A stretch of DNA of 64,000 nt from Ructibacterium sp. (GCA_045649245.1 JAZRPL010000133.1:17323-81322), one strand, 5' to 3'. Positions 20,050 to 31,523 are shown, counted from the stretch's first letter. Translations and numbers: made by a program. Notes: generated by a model not told the origin, from the sequence alone.

Positions 20050-22911
20050 ATGAGAAAAGCAAAACGGTTTCTTGCATTTGTGTTGGCAACCATGATGGTT
20101 GTAACAACCTGCCTCGTAACGACGACGGTATTTGCACAGAATGAGAATAGCGCAGTTGCGTTTTCCGATGTATCAGAAAACGCTATTTATGCCGATGCAG
20201 TAAAGACTTTTAGTTTAATGGGAATTATTAAGGGCTATGAAGACGGTAGTTTTCGTCCGGATCGGAATGTGACCAGAGCCGAGTTTACTGCTATGTTGAT
20301 GCGGACTTTGAACTACGGCACGCTGGGATCTTCCAGTGCTGCAAAACTTCCTTTCTCGGATGTTGACGATAACGATTCCAGCATCAACTGGGCTATTCCC
20401 AATATCAACACGGCTTATGATATGGGGATTATTAACGGTTATGATGACGGCACGTTCCGTCCCAGTGCCAATGTTTCCTATGAAGAAGCGTTAAAGATGA
20501 TAGTATGCACCTTGGGGTATACCGGTATAGATGTCAGCGGAACGCCTTGGTATGCAGAGTATGTTAATCAGGCAGGAAAACTGGGGATTACGGAAAATGC
20601 ATATCAGTTAGGTGCGGTGGAAACGCCGGCCAGCCGTGCCTGCATTGCACAGATGTTATATGACTCTCTCGAAGTTGAGATGGTAGAGCAGGATAAACTG
20701 ACTAAGAAAACGATCTTGGCAAATTATTTGGGATATATTAAAAGCACCGGTGTTATTTCTTCGGATGGTGTGACCAGCATAACCGCGCCGGATGTTAATT
20801 TGCGGGATGATGAAGTACAAATTTACGGGCAGGAACCTGATGGTACCTATGCGACCTATACCTACAAGACCACAGACCTGTCTTTGAAGAACTATTTGGG
20901 TCATGAAATTGAGTATTATTATAAAAACGACGGAAGTGTTATTCGCACATTGGCTATATATGTGTTGCGGAAAAACAATGCTGTTACAGTCACTGCAGAT
21001 ATGATTGATCAAGGGAGCACCGTTGCAACCCAGATTAAATATTACAAAACGGAGAATGACAAAAGTGCTTCTTCCATCAATTTAGATGCAGAGAACATTG
21101 TTATCTATAATGGGAAACTGTTGGGGGCAAATGCTGCGGCCAGCCGGTTCAGCGTTGGGTTGATTCCCCAGGTGGGAAGCATAACGCTGCTAGATTCCGA
21201 TGGTGATAATAAGTTTGATATCATCAAAATTGATGATTATGAGGTTTATTATGTTTCCAGCAAGGTATCGCCGGAATATTCCATTATTGACGATGTGACC
21301 AAGACCGGAAATGACAAGAAATTAATTCTAAACGTTGATGATGCCAGTGCGGTAACGACCATTGTGGACGAAGATGGCAACGCCATGTCTTATGGGTCTA
21401 TTGTCGCGGGCGATGTAATCTGTCTGGCTACCAGCAATGCCGGCAATGGCGGAGAAGTTTTGCGGAAGGCTGTGGTGATTCGAGATACTGTTACTGGTGC
21501 CGTTACAACGGTAGAAGATGATTTTCTCACCATTGGCGGAAACAGATATCGGGTTTCTCCGGCCGCACCCTGGTTGAATGGCCTGAGTCATTTGCTGGCT
21601 GAGCCGGCTCTACAGGACAGCGGTGTTTATTGCAAGGATATAAACGGTAATATTGTAGCGTATCGAAAAGATGCCGTGGTTGAGAATATTTATTACGGAT
21701 ATATCATGGGGATGAGTTCGAGACAAATTGCCTTTGATGAGACAAAACAACTTCGGATTTTAAACCAGAACGGCAGCGAGGCTCTGGTAGAGTTGCAGGA
21801 TGATGTGAAGATCAACGGTACAAGTTATAGTGTTGCGGATGCGGTCACTCAGTTAACGGCTAGTGCGGCAATCCAAAACAAGGATGCCAACACCGGCTAT
21901 ACCGTAAACCAGATGATCAAGTATACCACCAAGAATTCCGGTGGCAAAGTAGTTCTGAATAAGGTTTATACCGCAGAACAGAGTGCAAGCGGAAACAGCA
22001 TTACCAGTGATAAATTGTACTTCTTAAGTTCGGTTACCGGGGCAAACTCCATGACCTATAACAGTTCGGCCCGGAAACTGACCGGCGAGAATGGTACAGT
22101 GGTTGATATCGGCAACGCTATCGTATTTGTTGTTCCTTCGAACAGATCGGATTATGACCGGTATCGCATTAATTCTCTGTCGGCCACCTTTAAAAATAAT
22201 GGACAGTATTATGTGGAGGTCTTTGATGTCAGCCAGACCAATAGTGCAAAGGTAGTGGTTTGCTATGGCGGAAACGCATCCTCGGATGTAGATGATTCTT
22301 CTCCGGTGAATGTGATTTCGGAAAATATAGTATCCATGACCAACCCTGATGCTGATGCTGCCATGAAATATCTGGTTGGATTCAGTTCTGCAGATTCCAG
22401 CGCCGGTCAAGAAATAGAGGGTTGGGTTTCCACCAGTTCCACATGGGAACCGGATTTGGGTGATATCTATCGTGCAGGTACTGACAGAGATGGATATAGC
22501 CTGATCAAGAGTGAAAATGTGATTTATAGTGTCGGCGGTAGCAATACTTTTGGCATTCGTAAATCAGGCACAGATTTCTATGATTCTGAATATGCGGTTC
22601 TTTTAGGAAGCGTTTACCGCAAGGCAGATGATAGTATTTCCATTCTTCCGGAACGCATCATTGCAGGACAGACGGTGACCAGCGATGCTGGAGCTATGAC
22701 CTTTAGCTTTGATGATATCAGCGACGCTCGTGTTATTTATTATAATGAAAGTGGCAGCCAACTGGCTATTCATGATGTAACCTCGGATTGTGAAGGTATC
22801 TTAAAGAGTCTGGTACCTTACGAGGATGGTTTGACCAACCCGTCTAAGGTGATGCTGTATATGTCGGAAGGCAAAATTAAGATGTTCTGCATCTTGGATA
22901 AAAACGCATAA
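20050..22911 (+). CDS. large SLH-domain surface (S-layer-like) protein
   Basis: Signal peptide, SLH repeats (GIIKGYEDGSFRP..TRAEF), long beta-rich body; AGGAGG RBS. Confidence 0.85.
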   Translation: MRKAKRFLAFVLATMMVVTTCLVTTTVFAQNENSAVAFSDVSENAIYADAVKTFSLMGIIKGYEDGSFRPDRNVTRAEFTAMLMRTLNYGTLGSSSAAKLPFSDVDDNDSSINWAIPNINTAYDMGIINGYDDGTFRPSANVSYEEALKMIVCTLGYTGIDVSGTPWYAEYVNQAGKLGITENAYQLGAVETPASRACIAQMLYDSLEVEMVEQDKLTKKTILANYLGYIKSTGVISSDGVTSITAPDVNLRDDEVQIYGQEPDGTYATYTYKTTDLSLKNYLGHEIEYYYKNDGSVIRTLAIYVLRKNNAVTVTADMIDQGSTVATQIKYYKTENDKSASSINLDAENIVIYNGKLLGANAAASRFSVGLIPQVGSITLLDSDGDNKFDIIKIDDYEVYYVSSKVSPEYSIIDDVTKTGNDKKLILNVDDASAVTTIVDEDGNAMSYGSIVAGDVICLATSNAGNGGEVLRKAVVIRDTVTGAVTTVEDDFLTIGGNRYRVSPAAPWLNGLSHLLAEPALQDSGVYCKDINGNIVAYRKDAVVENIYYGYIMGMSSRQIAFDETKQLRILNQNGSEALVELQDDVKINGTSYSVADAVTQLTASAAIQNKDANTGYTVNQMIKYTTKNSGGKVVLNKVYTAEQSASGNSITSDKLYFLSSVTGANSMTYNSSARKLTGENGTVVDIGNAIVFVVPSNRSDYDRYRINSLSATFKNNGQYYVEVFDVSQTNSAKVVVCYGGNASSDVDDSSPVNVISENIVSMTNPDADAAMKYLVGFSSADSSAGQEIEGWVSTSSTWEPDLGDIYRAGTDRDGYSLIKSENVIYSVGGSNTFGIRKSGTDFYDSEYAVLLGSVYRKADDSISILPERIIAGQTVTSDAGAMTFSFDDISDARVIYYNESGSQLAIHDVTSDCEGILKSLVPYEDGLTNPSKVMLYMSEGKIKMFCILDKNA

Positions 22912-22920
22912 AGAAATCAT

Positions 22921-22957
22921 AATCCCCCCCGCCTGGGTTTTGGCGGGGGGATTTTTT
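22921..22957 (+). terminator. intrinsic terminator
   Basis: AATCCCCCCCGCC..GGCGGGGGGATT plus T-tract. Confidence 0.8.
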
Positions 22958-23061
22958 GTAGAGGTCAGGGAGGGGATGGTTCTTTTATGGTATAAAATAA
23001 GACAGAGGGGTATATGGAGGAGGATTGGTGTAAATAATTTATGAATAATGATAAAAGGACA

Positions 23062-23091
23062 TTGACAAGGATTTGATAAATATTATATAAT
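23062..23091 (+). promoter_or_regulatory. sigma-A promoter TTGACA-18-TATAAT
   Basis: Consensus hexamers. Confidence 0.65.
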
Positions 23092-23149
23092 TGTAGTACT
23101 TTGGGGAAAGATGCCGAAGGGAAAGAAACGGGAAGGGAGGAAGCCGGTA

Positions 23150-24187
23150 ATGACAAAACGTGCCAAAATTATAACCATGCTGGTGACAGGAATATGCATT
23201 GTTGCTTTTACCATGCTTGGTGTCTTAGCGGCCCAAAAGATATCCAGCCTGCCTCTTGGAAATCAGGTAACCATTGGAGAATTAGATCAGGACAGCGAGC
23301 AGGTGGGGATGATTAACTTCCTGTTGATTGGCATTGATGCAGACGGTACCCGCAGTGATACCATTATGCTGATATCCTATGACGGATACTCAAACCGTGT
23401 CAATCTGCTGTCCTTCCCTCGTGATACGCAAGTTGTGATGAATGGCTACAAGCAAAAGTTAAATGCTGCTGTGGGTGTTGGCTTGCAGAAGGTAAAAAGC
23501 GGAAAGGATCAGGGGCAGGAGGAGGAGTTAATCCGTCAGGTGAAAAAACTGAGCGGTCTGCCCATTCATTATTTCCTTACGGTAGATTTCGATGGTTTTA
23601 TTGAAATTATCGATGCATTGGGCGGGGTGGAATTCCATGTTCCCTATAACATGAATTATGATGACCCGGCACAAGATTTGCATATTCACTTAAAAGCGGG
23701 ACAACAGCATCTTGATGGACAGAGTGCCCATGACTTTGTTCGATTCCGGCACAATAATGACGGCAGTGCCCCTGGGGAGTATGTCATGGGGGACGAAGGC
23801 CGGATTTATTGGCAGCAGAGATTCTTAAAGGCGTTGGTTGCCCAAAAGGCGAAGCCTCAATACTTTGCAAAGATTACCGATGTTTTTGATGTGATTGCGG
23901 ATAATGTCCGTACCAATTATACATTGCAGGATTTGCTGGTTCATATTGATGTGCTGCAAAAAATTGATGTAGAGGCCATAGAGTCCTATCAGTTGCCGGG
24001 AGAGCCGTTTTATGACGCAGGATTGTGGTGGTATCAATACCACCAGGAAGAAACCAGTGCCCTGATTCGGGATGTCTTTTTGCCAAGAAGCAAAGAGCAG
24101 TGGGAAACTGAGCAGGCGGAGAAGGCGAAACAGGCAGAGCCGACCGAGCAAACGGAGCAAGTCTCCATGGAACTGGTGGAAGAATAG
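23150..24187 (+). CDS. LytR-CpsA-Psr (LCP) glycopolymer transferase
   Basis: RSDTIML, SFPRDT, IIDALGGV, VRFR, R..WQQ. Confidence 0.92.
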   Translation: MTKRAKIITMLVTGICIVAFTMLGVLAAQKISSLPLGNQVTIGELDQDSEQVGMINFLLIGIDADGTRSDTIMLISYDGYSNRVNLLSFPRDTQVVMNGYKQKLNAAVGVGLQKVKSGKDQGQEEELIRQVKKLSGLPIHYFLTVDFDGFIEIIDALGGVEFHVPYNMNYDDPAQDLHIHLKAGQQHLDGQSAHDFVRFRHNNDGSAPGEYVMGDEGRIYWQQRFLKALVAQKAKPQYFAKITDVFDVIADNVRTNYTLQDLLVHIDVLQKIDVEAIESYQLPGEPFYDAGLWWYQYHQEETSALIRDVFLPRSKEQWETEQAEKAKQAEPTEQTEQVSMELVEE

Positions 24188-24300
24188 ACTGCTGATTGTA
24201 CAAAATTTCTAGCAGAGAAAAGAAGAATACGGGGAAATTATCCAAAATAAACAAAATTTTTTAAAAACCCCGTTTTGTGCCGGAAAGATGAAAAAAAAAC

Positions 24301-24329
24301 TTGACACCGCCCGGCACCCATAGTATAAT
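24301..24329 (+). promoter_or_regulatory. S10 operon promoter TTGACA-17-TATAAT
   Basis: Perfect consensus with an upstream A-tract. Confidence 0.9.
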
Positions 24330-24335
24330 AGATAG

Positions 24336-24631
24336 GCGTGACAAAGACATACGATGATTCCGGAGGTAGCAAAAGCCTGTAAATACGGGACTTTTGGGAA
24401 TTTCGGAGGAGATTGTCCGGTTCAAGAAAACGGGCGGAAAGGTCACACTTTCTACAAAACAGAGAAGTACCGCCTCTTGCGGCAGCATGCTGATGCCGTT
24501 TGGGGTTGTGTTGTGTCTGTATGTCCCGAAGCCGTTGTCCGTTGGAGGACTTAGTGGATTCGGGTTTCATTTTGAGCTCGTGCGAAACGCCCGGCACGGT
24601 GTAAACTTATTTATTTTAAGGAGGGTATAGC
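24336..24631 (+). ncRNA. structured ~295-nt rpsJ leader (candidate clostridial S10 r-protein leader)
   Basis: Long 5' UTR with stems TTCCGGAG/TTTCGGAG, TGTCCG/CGGGCG, CGTGC..GCACG; family call from memory. Confidence 0.55.
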
Positions 24632-24940
24632 ATGGCAGCAGAAAAAATCAGAATTAGACTGAAGGCTTATGATCACAATCTTATCGACCAAAGCGCTGCA
24701 AAGATTGTAGAGACCGCAAAGAGAACGGGTTCCAAGGTTTCCGGACCGATCCCGCTTCCTACCAAAAAAGAGATTGTTACAATCTTAAGAGCGGTTCATA
24801 AGTACAAGGACAGTCGTGAGCAGTTCGAGATGAGAACGCACAAGAGATTGATTGATGTTTTGGGTCCTACCAACAAAACCATCGATGCTCTGAAGCACTT
24901 GGATCTGCCCGCAGGCGTGGACATTGAATTAGAAATTTAG
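24632..24940 (+). CDS. rpsJ: 30S ribosomal protein S10
   Basis: [18 protein letters not shown]. Confidence 0.98.
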   Translation: MAAEKIRIRLKAYDHNLIDQSAAKIVETAKRTGSKVSGPIPLPTKKEIVTILRAVHKYKDSREQFEMRTHKRLIDVLGPTNKTIDALKHLDLPAGVDIELEI

Positions 24941-25096
24941 TTTTCCATTTGGAAAACGGATTTTTAAATGCCGTATCACCCAATGGATATGGCGAAAAAA
25001 TTTAGGTCATGTTGGCAAGGCGTAAGCCGCCAACCAATAACCCGCAGGCATGTTCCGGAAGGAACCGAGGCCTGTGCAAAACAGGAGGAAAGAAAA

Positions 25097-25732
25097 ATGA
25101 AAAAGGCAATCTTGGGTAAGAAAATTGGTATGACCCAGATCTTCACAGAGGACGGCAATCTGGTTCCCGTTACGGTAATCGAGGCTGGTCCTTGTCCTGT
25201 TGTCCAGAAAAAAACCGTAGAAGTAGACGGCTACAGTGCTGTCCAAGTCGGTTTTGCGGACAAGAAGGAGAAACGCGCCAACAAACCGGAAAAAGGCCAC
25301 TTTGCAAAAGCAGGTGTTCCGGTAAAGAAGTATTTGAAGGAATTCAAGCTGGATAATGCTGCAGAATTAAATGTGGGCGATGTATTGAATGTAGAGCAGT
25401 TTGAAGACGGCGAGATGCTGGATGTTACCGGAACCAGTAAAGGTCACGGTTATGCTGGCACCATCAAGAGATGGGGAACCCACCGCGGTCCTATGACCCA
25501 CGGTTCTCACTATCACAGAGGCCCCGGTTCTTTGGGTGCTTGTTCTGATCCGTCTCGGGTATTTAAAGGTAAGAAGCTGCCGGGTCACTACGGTGTTGAT
25601 ACTGTCACCATCCAGAATCTTGACCTGGTAAAGGTTGATAAAGAACGCAATCTTTTGTTGGTAAAAGGTTCGGTTCCCGGACCGAAAGGCGGATTGCTTG
25701 TTGTGAAAAACGCAGTCAAGGCAGAAGCCTAA
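25097..25732 (+). CDS. rplC: 50S ribosomal protein L3
   Basis: [10 protein letters not shown]; AGGAGG RBS. Confidence 0.98.
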   Translation: MKKAILGKKIGMTQIFTEDGNLVPVTVIEAGPCPVVQKKTVEVDGYSAVQVGFADKKEKRANKPEKGHFAKAGVPVKKYLKEFKLDNAAELNVGDVLNVEQFEDGEMLDVTGTSKGHGYAGTIKRWGTHRGPMTHGSHYHRGPGSLGACSDPSRVFKGKKLPGHYGVDTVTIQNLDLVKVDKERNLLLVKGSVPGPKGGLLVVKNAVKAEA

Positions 25733-25757
25733 CCGCAGAGAGAGGAGGAAATAGAGA

Positions 25758-26381
25758 ATGCCTACAGTAGATATTTATAATGTCGACGGTCAGGTTGTCG
25801 GCAATATGGATTTGAATGAAAATGTGTTTGGCGTACCGGTTCGTTCCGACGTTATGCACGAAGTAGTGGTAAACTACTTAGCCAATCAAAGACAGGGTAC
25901 ACAGAGCACCAAAACCCGGACCGAGGTTCGCGGCGGCGGTATTAAACCCTGGAGACAAAAAGGTACCGGTCGTGCCCGTCAGGGTAGTATCCGTGCTCCT
26001 CAGTGGGTTGGCGGTGGCGTAGCCCTTGGCCCCAAGCCCAGAGATTACAGATACAACGTTAATAAGAAGGTAAGACGTCTTGCGCTGAAGTCGGCGCTGT
26101 CCTCTAAGGTAGAGGAGAACGAGTTGATCGTTCTGGATGCCTTCTCTTGCGACGAGATCAAGACCAAGCAGGTTACAAACTTACTGAAGAACTTGAACGT
26201 GAATGAAAAAGCGCTCATCGTTCTTCCGGAAAACGATAAAAATATCGTTCTTTCTGCAAGAAATATCAAAGGTGTTGATACCACTTATGTAGGTGCCATC
26301 AATACCTATGAAGTGTTAAATCACACCAAGTGCATCATCTTGAAGGATGCCGTAACCAAACTTGAGGAGGTGTACGCATAA
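25758..26381 (+). CDS. rplD: 50S ribosomal protein L4
   Basis: [15 protein letters not shown]. Confidence 0.98.
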   Translation: MPTVDIYNVDGQVVGNMDLNENVFGVPVRSDVMHEVVVNYLANQRQGTQSTKTRTEVRGGGIKPWRQKGTGRARQGSIRAPQWVGGGVALGPKPRDYRYNVNKKVRRLALKSALSSKVEENELIVLDAFSCDEIKTKQVTNLLKNLNVNEKALIVLPENDKNIVLSARNIKGVDTTYVGAINTYEVLNHTKCIILKDAVTKLEEVYA

Positions 26382-26665
26382 TGTTAGCACATGATATTAT
26401 TAGAAGACCGATCATCACTGAACGGAGTATGGATCAGGTTGCAGATCGGAAGTACACCTTTGAGGTTGCAAAAAGCGCAAACAAGATCGAAATCAAGAAA
26501 GCAATAGAAGAGATCTTCAAGGTAGAGGTAGAAAAGGTCACCACCATGAATTATATCGGAAAACCCAAAAGACAGGGTGTATTTTCCGGTAAGCGTGCTG
26601 ACTGGAAGAAGGCAGTCGTAAAACTCAAAGAGGGAAGCAAAACCATTGAGTTGTTTGAGTCGTAA
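26381..26665 (+). CDS. rplW: 50S ribosomal protein L23
   Basis: RPIITE, ANKIEIK, WKKAVV. Confidence 0.97.
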   Translation: MLAHDIIRRPIITERSMDQVADRKYTFEVAKSANKIEIKKAIEEIFKVEVEKVTTMNYIGKPKRQGVFSGKRADWKKAVVKLKEGSKTIELFES

Positions 26666-26705
26666 AATTCTGCCTGAAAAAAATTGAAGATAAGGAGATT
26701 TAAAA

Positions 26706-27539
26706 ATGGGAATTAAAAAATATAAGCCGACGACCCCGTCTCGGCGTCATATGACGGTTTCCACCTTTGAAGAGATTGATAAGGTCGCTCCGGAAAAATC
26801 TCTTCTGCGTCCGCTTTCCAGTAAAGCAGGACGTAATGCACAGGGTAAAATTACCGTTCGTCATCGTGGCTGCGGAGCCAAGAGAAAGTACAGAGTGATT
26901 GACTTTAAGAGATATAAAGACGGTATGAATGCCACCGTTCTTTCTATCGAATACGATCCGAACCGTAGTGCAAACATTGCCCTCATCGAGTATGAGGATG
27001 GTGTAAAGAGTTACATCATTGCACCCCTTGGTTTGAAAAAGGGTGATGTAGTTGTATCGGGTTCCGGTGCAGACATTAAGCCTGGTAATGCCATGGAACT
27101 GAAGGACATCCCCGTTGGTACTATGGTATACAATATTGAGATGAACCCCGGTAAGGGTGCACAGATGGTTCGTTCGGCCGGTGCAACAGCCCAACTTCTT
27201 GCAAAAGAGAATGGTTATGCACAGTTGCGCTTGCCTTCCGGCGAGGTTCGCATGATTCGGTTGAACTGCCGTGCGACCATTGGTCAGGTTGGAAACACCG
27301 ATTACTCCAACATCAACATCGGTAAGGCCGGCAGAAAGCGTCACATGGGATTTCGTCCCACTGTCCGCGGTGTTGTTATGAACCCCAATGACCACCCCCA
27401 CGGTGGTGGTGAAGGTAAGTCCCCCATCGGTATGCCGAGCCCGGTTACTCCCTGGGGTAAGCCTGCACTGGGTTACAAGACCAGAAATAAGAAGAAAAAG
27501 TCGAACAAGTTTATCGTTAAGAGACGGAACAGCAAGTAA
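26706..27539 (+). CDS. rplB: 50S ribosomal protein L2
   Basis: [21 protein letters not shown]. Confidence 0.98.
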   Translation: MGIKKYKPTTPSRRHMTVSTFEEIDKVAPEKSLLRPLSSKAGRNAQGKITVRHRGCGAKRKYRVIDFKRYKDGMNATVLSIEYDPNRSANIALIEYEDGVKSYIIAPLGLKKGDVVVSGSGADIKPGNAMELKDIPVGTMVYNIEMNPGKGAQMVRSAGATAQLLAKENGYAQLRLPSGEVRMIRLNCRATIGQVGNTDYSNINIGKAGRKRHMGFRPTVRGVVMNPNDHPHGGGEGKSPIGMPSPVTPWGKPALGYKTRNKKKKSNKFIVKRRNSK

Positions 27540-27551
27540 GGAGGGAATCAC

Positions 27552-27824
27552 ATGGGAAGAAGTATTAAAAAAGGACCTTTCGTTGATGCGAAGTTGCTTG
27601 CCAGAATTGTTGCTATGAACGAAAAGAACGAGAAAAACGTTTTAAAGACATGGTCAAGAGCTTCTACTATATTCCCGGAGATGGTTGGACACACCATTGC
27701 GGTTTATGATGGAAGAAAGCATGTTCCGGTTTATGTGAGCGAGGATATGGTAGGCCATAAACTTGGCGAATTCGCTCCCACCAGAACATACAGAGGTCAT
27801 GCCGGCGCGAAGACATCCAGATAA
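27552..27824 (+). CDS. rpsS: 30S ribosomal protein S19
   Basis: [18 protein letters not shown]. Confidence 0.98.
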   Translation: MGRSIKKGPFVDAKLLARIVAMNEKNEKNVLKTWSRASTIFPEMVGHTIAVYDGRKHVPVYVSEDMVGHKLGEFAPTRTYRGHAGAKTSR

Positions 27825-27867
27825 TCCGCGCTGAGGAATTCGATTGATGAAAGGAGCTGCACAGAAC

Positions 27868-28203
27868 ATGGAAGCAGTAGCAAAAGTTACACATGTACGC
27901 ATTGCGCCCAGAAAAGTCCGCATTGTCATCGACTTGATTAGAAATAAGCCGGTCGGCGAAGCAATCGGAATTTTAAAGAATACGCCCAAGGTTGCAAGTC
28001 CTGTGGTTGAAAAGTTGCTCAAATCCGCAATGGCCAATGCGGAGAACAACTACCAAATGAATGTGGAAAATCTCTATGTTGCAGAGGTTTACGCAGATCA
28101 AGGCCCAACCTTAAAGAGAGTACAGGCAAGAGCGCAAGGTCGTGCTTTCAGAATCAATAAAAAGACAAGTCATATCACGTTGAAACTTCGGGAGAAGGAA
28201 TAA
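27868..28203 (+). CDS. rplV: 50S ribosomal protein L22
   Basis: [14 protein letters not shown]. Confidence 0.97.
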   Translation: MEAVAKVTHVRIAPRKVRIVIDLIRNKPVGEAIGILKNTPKVASPVVEKLLKSAMANAENNYQMNVENLYVAEVYADQGPTLKRVQARAQGRAFRINKKTSHITLKLREKE

Positions 28204-28220
28204 GATAGGAGGTAACAAGT

Positions 28221-28919
28221 ATGGGTCAGAAAGTTAATCCGCACGGTCTCAGAGTTGGTATTATCAAGGACTGGGATTCTCGCTGGTTTGCTGACAAAAA
28301 GAACTTCGGTGACAGTCTGGTAGAGGACTACAACCTCAGAGTCTTCCTTAAGAAGAAATTATTCCTGGCCGGAGTTGATAAAATCGAGATCGAAAAGTTT
28401 GCCAATAAAGTTCGTGTTTCCATTCATGCTGGAAAACCCGGTATCATTATTGGTAAAGGTGGAAGCGAAATTGAAAAACTCAAGAAGGAACTGGAGAAGA
28501 TGACAGGCAAGACCATTATCCTGAATGTCATCGAAGTAAAAGTTCCGGATATGAGTGCGCAACTGGTTGCAGAGAATATTGCCTCTCAGTTAGAGCGGCG
28601 TATCTCCTTCCGGAAGGCGATGAAACAGTGCATGGGCCGTACCATGAAAATGGGTGCTAAGGGTATTAAAACCTGTGTATCCGGTCGTGTTGGCGGTGCC
28701 GAAATTGCGCGGACAGAGCAGTATCACGAGGGAACGATTCCTCTTCAAACCTTAAGAGCCGACATTGATTACGGCTTTACCGAAGCCAACACCACCTATG
28801 GTAAACTTGGTGTTAAGGTTTGGATTTATAAAGGTGAAATCCTGGCGGAGAGCAGAAATGCAGCACCCGCAGAGGAGAAAAAACCTGCTCCCAGACGCAG
28901 AGAAGGAGGCAGAAAATAA
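28221..28919 (+). CDS. rpsC: 30S ribosomal protein S3
   Basis: [22 protein letters not shown]. Confidence 0.98.
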   Translation: MGQKVNPHGLRVGIIKDWDSRWFADKKNFGDSLVEDYNLRVFLKKKLFLAGVDKIEIEKFANKVRVSIHAGKPGIIIGKGGSEIEKLKKELEKMTGKTIILNVIEVKVPDMSAQLVAENIASQLERRISFRKAMKQCMGRTMKMGAKGIKTCVSGRVGGAEIARTEQYHEGTIPLQTLRADIDYGFTEANTTYGKLGVKVWIYKGEILAESRNAAPAEEKKPAPRRREGGRK

Positions 28920-29350
28920 TGTTATCACCGAAGAGAGTTAAGCGTAGAAAAGTACAGCGCGGCAGAATGAAGGGCGCTGCACACCGTGGTAATAAAGTTG
29001 TTTACGGCGATTTTGGCTTGCAGGCATTGAGCCCGGCCTGGGTTACCAGTAACCAGATTGAGGCTGCCCGTGTTGCCATGACCCGTTACACCAAGAGAGG
29101 CGGTCAGGTCTGGATTAAGATTTTCCCGGATAAGCCTGTTACTGCAAAACCGGCCGAAACCCGAATGGGTAGTGGTAAAGGTTCCCCTGAGTACTGGGTA
29201 GCAGTAGTAAAGCCCGGCCGTGTTATGTTTGAAATCGGCGGCGTTAGTGAAGAAGTTGCTCGTGAGGCATTGCGTCTTGCGATGCATAAGTTGCCGCTCA
29301 AGTGTAAGTTTGTCAAAAAGGCAGACCAAGAAACGGAAGGTGATAGTTAA
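28919..29350 (+). CDS. rplP: 50S ribosomal protein L16
   Basis: [12 protein letters not shown]. Confidence 0.98.
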   Translation: MLSPKRVKRRKVQRGRMKGAAHRGNKVVYGDFGLQALSPAWVTSNQIEAARVAMTRYTKRGGQVWIKIFPDKPVTAKPAETRMGSGKGSPEYWVAVVKPGRVMFEIGGVSEEVAREALRLAMHKLPLKCKFVKKADQETEGDS

Positions 29351-29562
29351 TGAAAATTCAGGAGATAAGAGACCTTTCAACGCAAGAGCTTGAGATTAAG
29401 ATCAAGGACTTGAAGGAAGAGCTTTTTAACCTTCGTTTCCAGAACGCTACCAACCAACTGGATAATCCCATGAGAATTGCTAGCGTCAAAAAGGACATTG
29501 CAAGAGTTAAAACGGTTCTCAAGGAAAAAGAACTTGGGATTCACACAAGCGTGAATGCGTAG
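29350..29562 (+). CDS. rpmC: 50S ribosomal protein L29
   Basis: [14 protein letters not shown]. Confidence 0.97.
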   Translation: MKIQEIRDLSTQELEIKIKDLKEELFNLRFQNATNQLDNPMRIASVKKDIARVKTVLKEKELGIHTSVNA

Positions 29563-29574
29563 GAGGTGTAAAGA

Positions 29575-29832
29575 ATGAGTGAACGTAATTACCGCAAGAC
29601 CCGAATTGGTGAGGTCGTAAGCGATAAGATGGATAAGACAATCGTTGTCGCAATCAAAGAGCATGAAAAACACCCTCTTTACAGCAAGGTTATGAAGCGT
29701 ACTTACAAGTTAAAGGCGCACGATGAAAATAACATTTGCGGCATTGGCGACAAGGTTAAGGTGATGGAAACCCGCCCCCTCTCCAAGGACAAGAGATGGA
29801 GATTGGTTGAAATCGTTGAAAAAGCAAAATAA
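29575..29832 (+). CDS. rpsQ: 30S ribosomal protein S17
   Basis: [16 protein letters not shown]. Confidence 0.98.
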   Translation: MSERNYRKTRIGEVVSDKMDKTIVVAIKEHEKHPLYSKVMKRTYKLKAHDENNICGIGDKVKVMETRPLSKDKRWRLVEIVEKAK

Positions 29833-29940
29833 GGAATTTTCCCGCTTTTGGCGGATTGTCCAGGGCTTGGAGTTTTCCGGCCTTGGAATCTGGAGGTTGC
29901 CTAGGTAATCTCCCAATAATGGAATAGGAGGAAATCCGGT

Positions 29941-30309
29941 ATGATTCAACAGCAGACAATATTGAAAGTTGCTGATAACAGCGGTGCCAAAGAGATTCTT
30001 TGTATCCGGGTTATGGGCGGATCCTTCCGTCGTTACGGCAACATTGGCGATGTCATCATTGCTTCTGTTAAAAAAGCAACGCCCGGCGGTGCTGTTAAAA
30101 AAGGTGACGTTGTAAAAGCGGTTATCGTACGCAGCGTCAACGGCGTAAAGCGTTCTGATGGTTCTAAGATTCGGTTTGATGAAAACGCAGCCGTTATCAT
30201 TAGAGACGACAAGACACCGAGAGGCACCCGTATTTTTGGGCCGGTTGCCAGAGAGTTGAGAGATAAGGAATATATGAAGATCCTGTCCCTCGCCCCCGAA
30301 GTTCTGTAG
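29941..30309 (+). CDS. rplN: 50S ribosomal protein L14
   Basis: [22 protein letters not shown]. Confidence 0.98.
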   Translation: MIQQQTILKVADNSGAKEILCIRVMGGSFRRYGNIGDVIIASVKKATPGGAVKKGDVVKAVIVRSVNGVKRSDGSKIRFDENAAVIIRDDKTPRGTRIFGPVARELRDKEYMKILSLAPEVL

Positions 30310-30427
30310 GATTTGATTGGTTTTCTTTAATACAATCGGAATTTAGCACAGACTTACCAATGAGGTTAGATTACTACGCAAGTTGCGTATCAGAGGCCTT
30401 TTCAGTTTGAAAAAAGGAGGAGAGACA

Positions 30428-30745
30428 ATGGCAAAGATGCATGTGAAAACCGGCGACGAGGTTGTGGTTTTATCTGGTAAGGATAAAGGCAAAAAAGGCA
30501 AGGTTTTGTCTGTAAACCCGGAAAAGCGCATGGTTATTGTTGAAGGCGTTTCCATGGCCACAAAGCACAAAAAACCCAGAAAAATGGGTGAAGCCGGTGG
30601 TATTATTAAGCAGGAAACCCCAATCTACGCAAGCAAGGTTATGAATGTTTGCGGAAAGTGCGGCGCACCCAGCAGAGTTGGACGTAAAGTTCTGGAGGAC
30701 GGAACCCATGTTCGGTACTGCAAAAAGTGCGGCGAAACATTCTAA
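30428..30745 (+). CDS. rplX: 50S ribosomal protein L24
   Basis: GDEVVVLSGKDKGK; GGAGG RBS. Confidence 0.97.
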   Translation: MAKMHVKTGDEVVVLSGKDKGKKGKVLSVNPEKRMVIVEGVSMATKHKKPRKMGEAGGIIKQETPIYASKVMNVCGKCGAPSRVGRKVLEDGTHVRYCKKCGETF

Positions 30746-30775
30746 ATTCGATAAGGAAAGGAGGTTTCACTCTCA

Positions 30776-31312
30776 ATGAGATTGGAAGAGAAGTACACAA
30801 AAGAAATCAAAGACGCTATGATGAAAAAGTATAACTACAAGAGTGTCATGCAGATTCCGAAGTTGGAAAAGGTAGTTATCAATATGGGCGTAGGTGATGC
30901 AAGAGAGAATTCGAAGGCCGTAGAGAGTGCTGCAGCTGATCTGGGCTTGATTACCGGTCAGAAGGCAGTCATTACCAAGGCAAAGAAATCTGTTGCAACA
31001 TTTAAAGTCAGAGAAGGTATGAATATCGGCTGTAAGGTTACCTTAAGAGGTGCAAAAATGTACGAGTTTGTGGATCGTCTGTTTAATGCAGCACTTCCCC
31101 GCGTACGTGACTTCCGTGGGATTAACCCCAATTCCTTTGATGGTCGCGGCAACTATGCGCTGGGCATTAAGGAACAGCTTATCTTCCCCGAAATAGATTA
31201 TGATAAAATTGATAAGATTCGCGGTATGGATATTATCTTTGTAACCACTGCACAGACGGATGAGGAAGCCCGCGAGCTTCTGACCCTGATGGGTGCGCCG
31301 TTTACGAGATAG
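30776..31312 (+). CDS. rplE: 50S ribosomal protein L5
   Basis: [16 protein letters not shown]. Confidence 0.98.
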   Translation: MRLEEKYTKEIKDAMMKKYNYKSVMQIPKLEKVVINMGVGDARENSKAVESAAADLGLITGQKAVITKAKKSVATFKVREGMNIGCKVTLRGAKMYEFVDRLFNAALPRVRDFRGINPNSFDGRGNYALGIKEQLIFPEIDYDKIDKIRGMDIIFVTTAQTDEEARELLTLMGAPFTR

Positions 31313-31337
31313 TGCCGGATAAGGAGGATGAAAGTTC

Positions 31338-31523
31338 ATGGCTAAAAAATCTATGGTTGTAAAGCAGCAAAGAAAGCAAAAATATGCGACTCGTGAATAC
31401 AACAGATGTAAGATTTGCGGTAGACCCCATGCTTACCTTCGTAAGTTCGGTATTTGCAGAATTTGCTTCCGTGAGCTCGCTTACAAGGGTCAGATTCCAG
31501 GCGTAAAGAAAGCGTCCTGGTAA
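31338..31523 (+). CDS. rpsZ: 30S ribosomal protein S14, zinc-binding type Z
   Basis: 61 aa, CKIC..CRIC. Confidence 0.97.
   Translation: MAKKSMVVKQQRKQKYATREYNRCKICGRPHAYLRKFGICRICFRELAYKGQIPGVKKASW

Noticed and set aside
26700-27551. 283-aa antisense ORF over rplB, and similar ones over rpsK/rpsD, rplF, secY and ecfA2
   Set aside because: Shadow frames of conserved biased genes, with no RBS or recognisable motif
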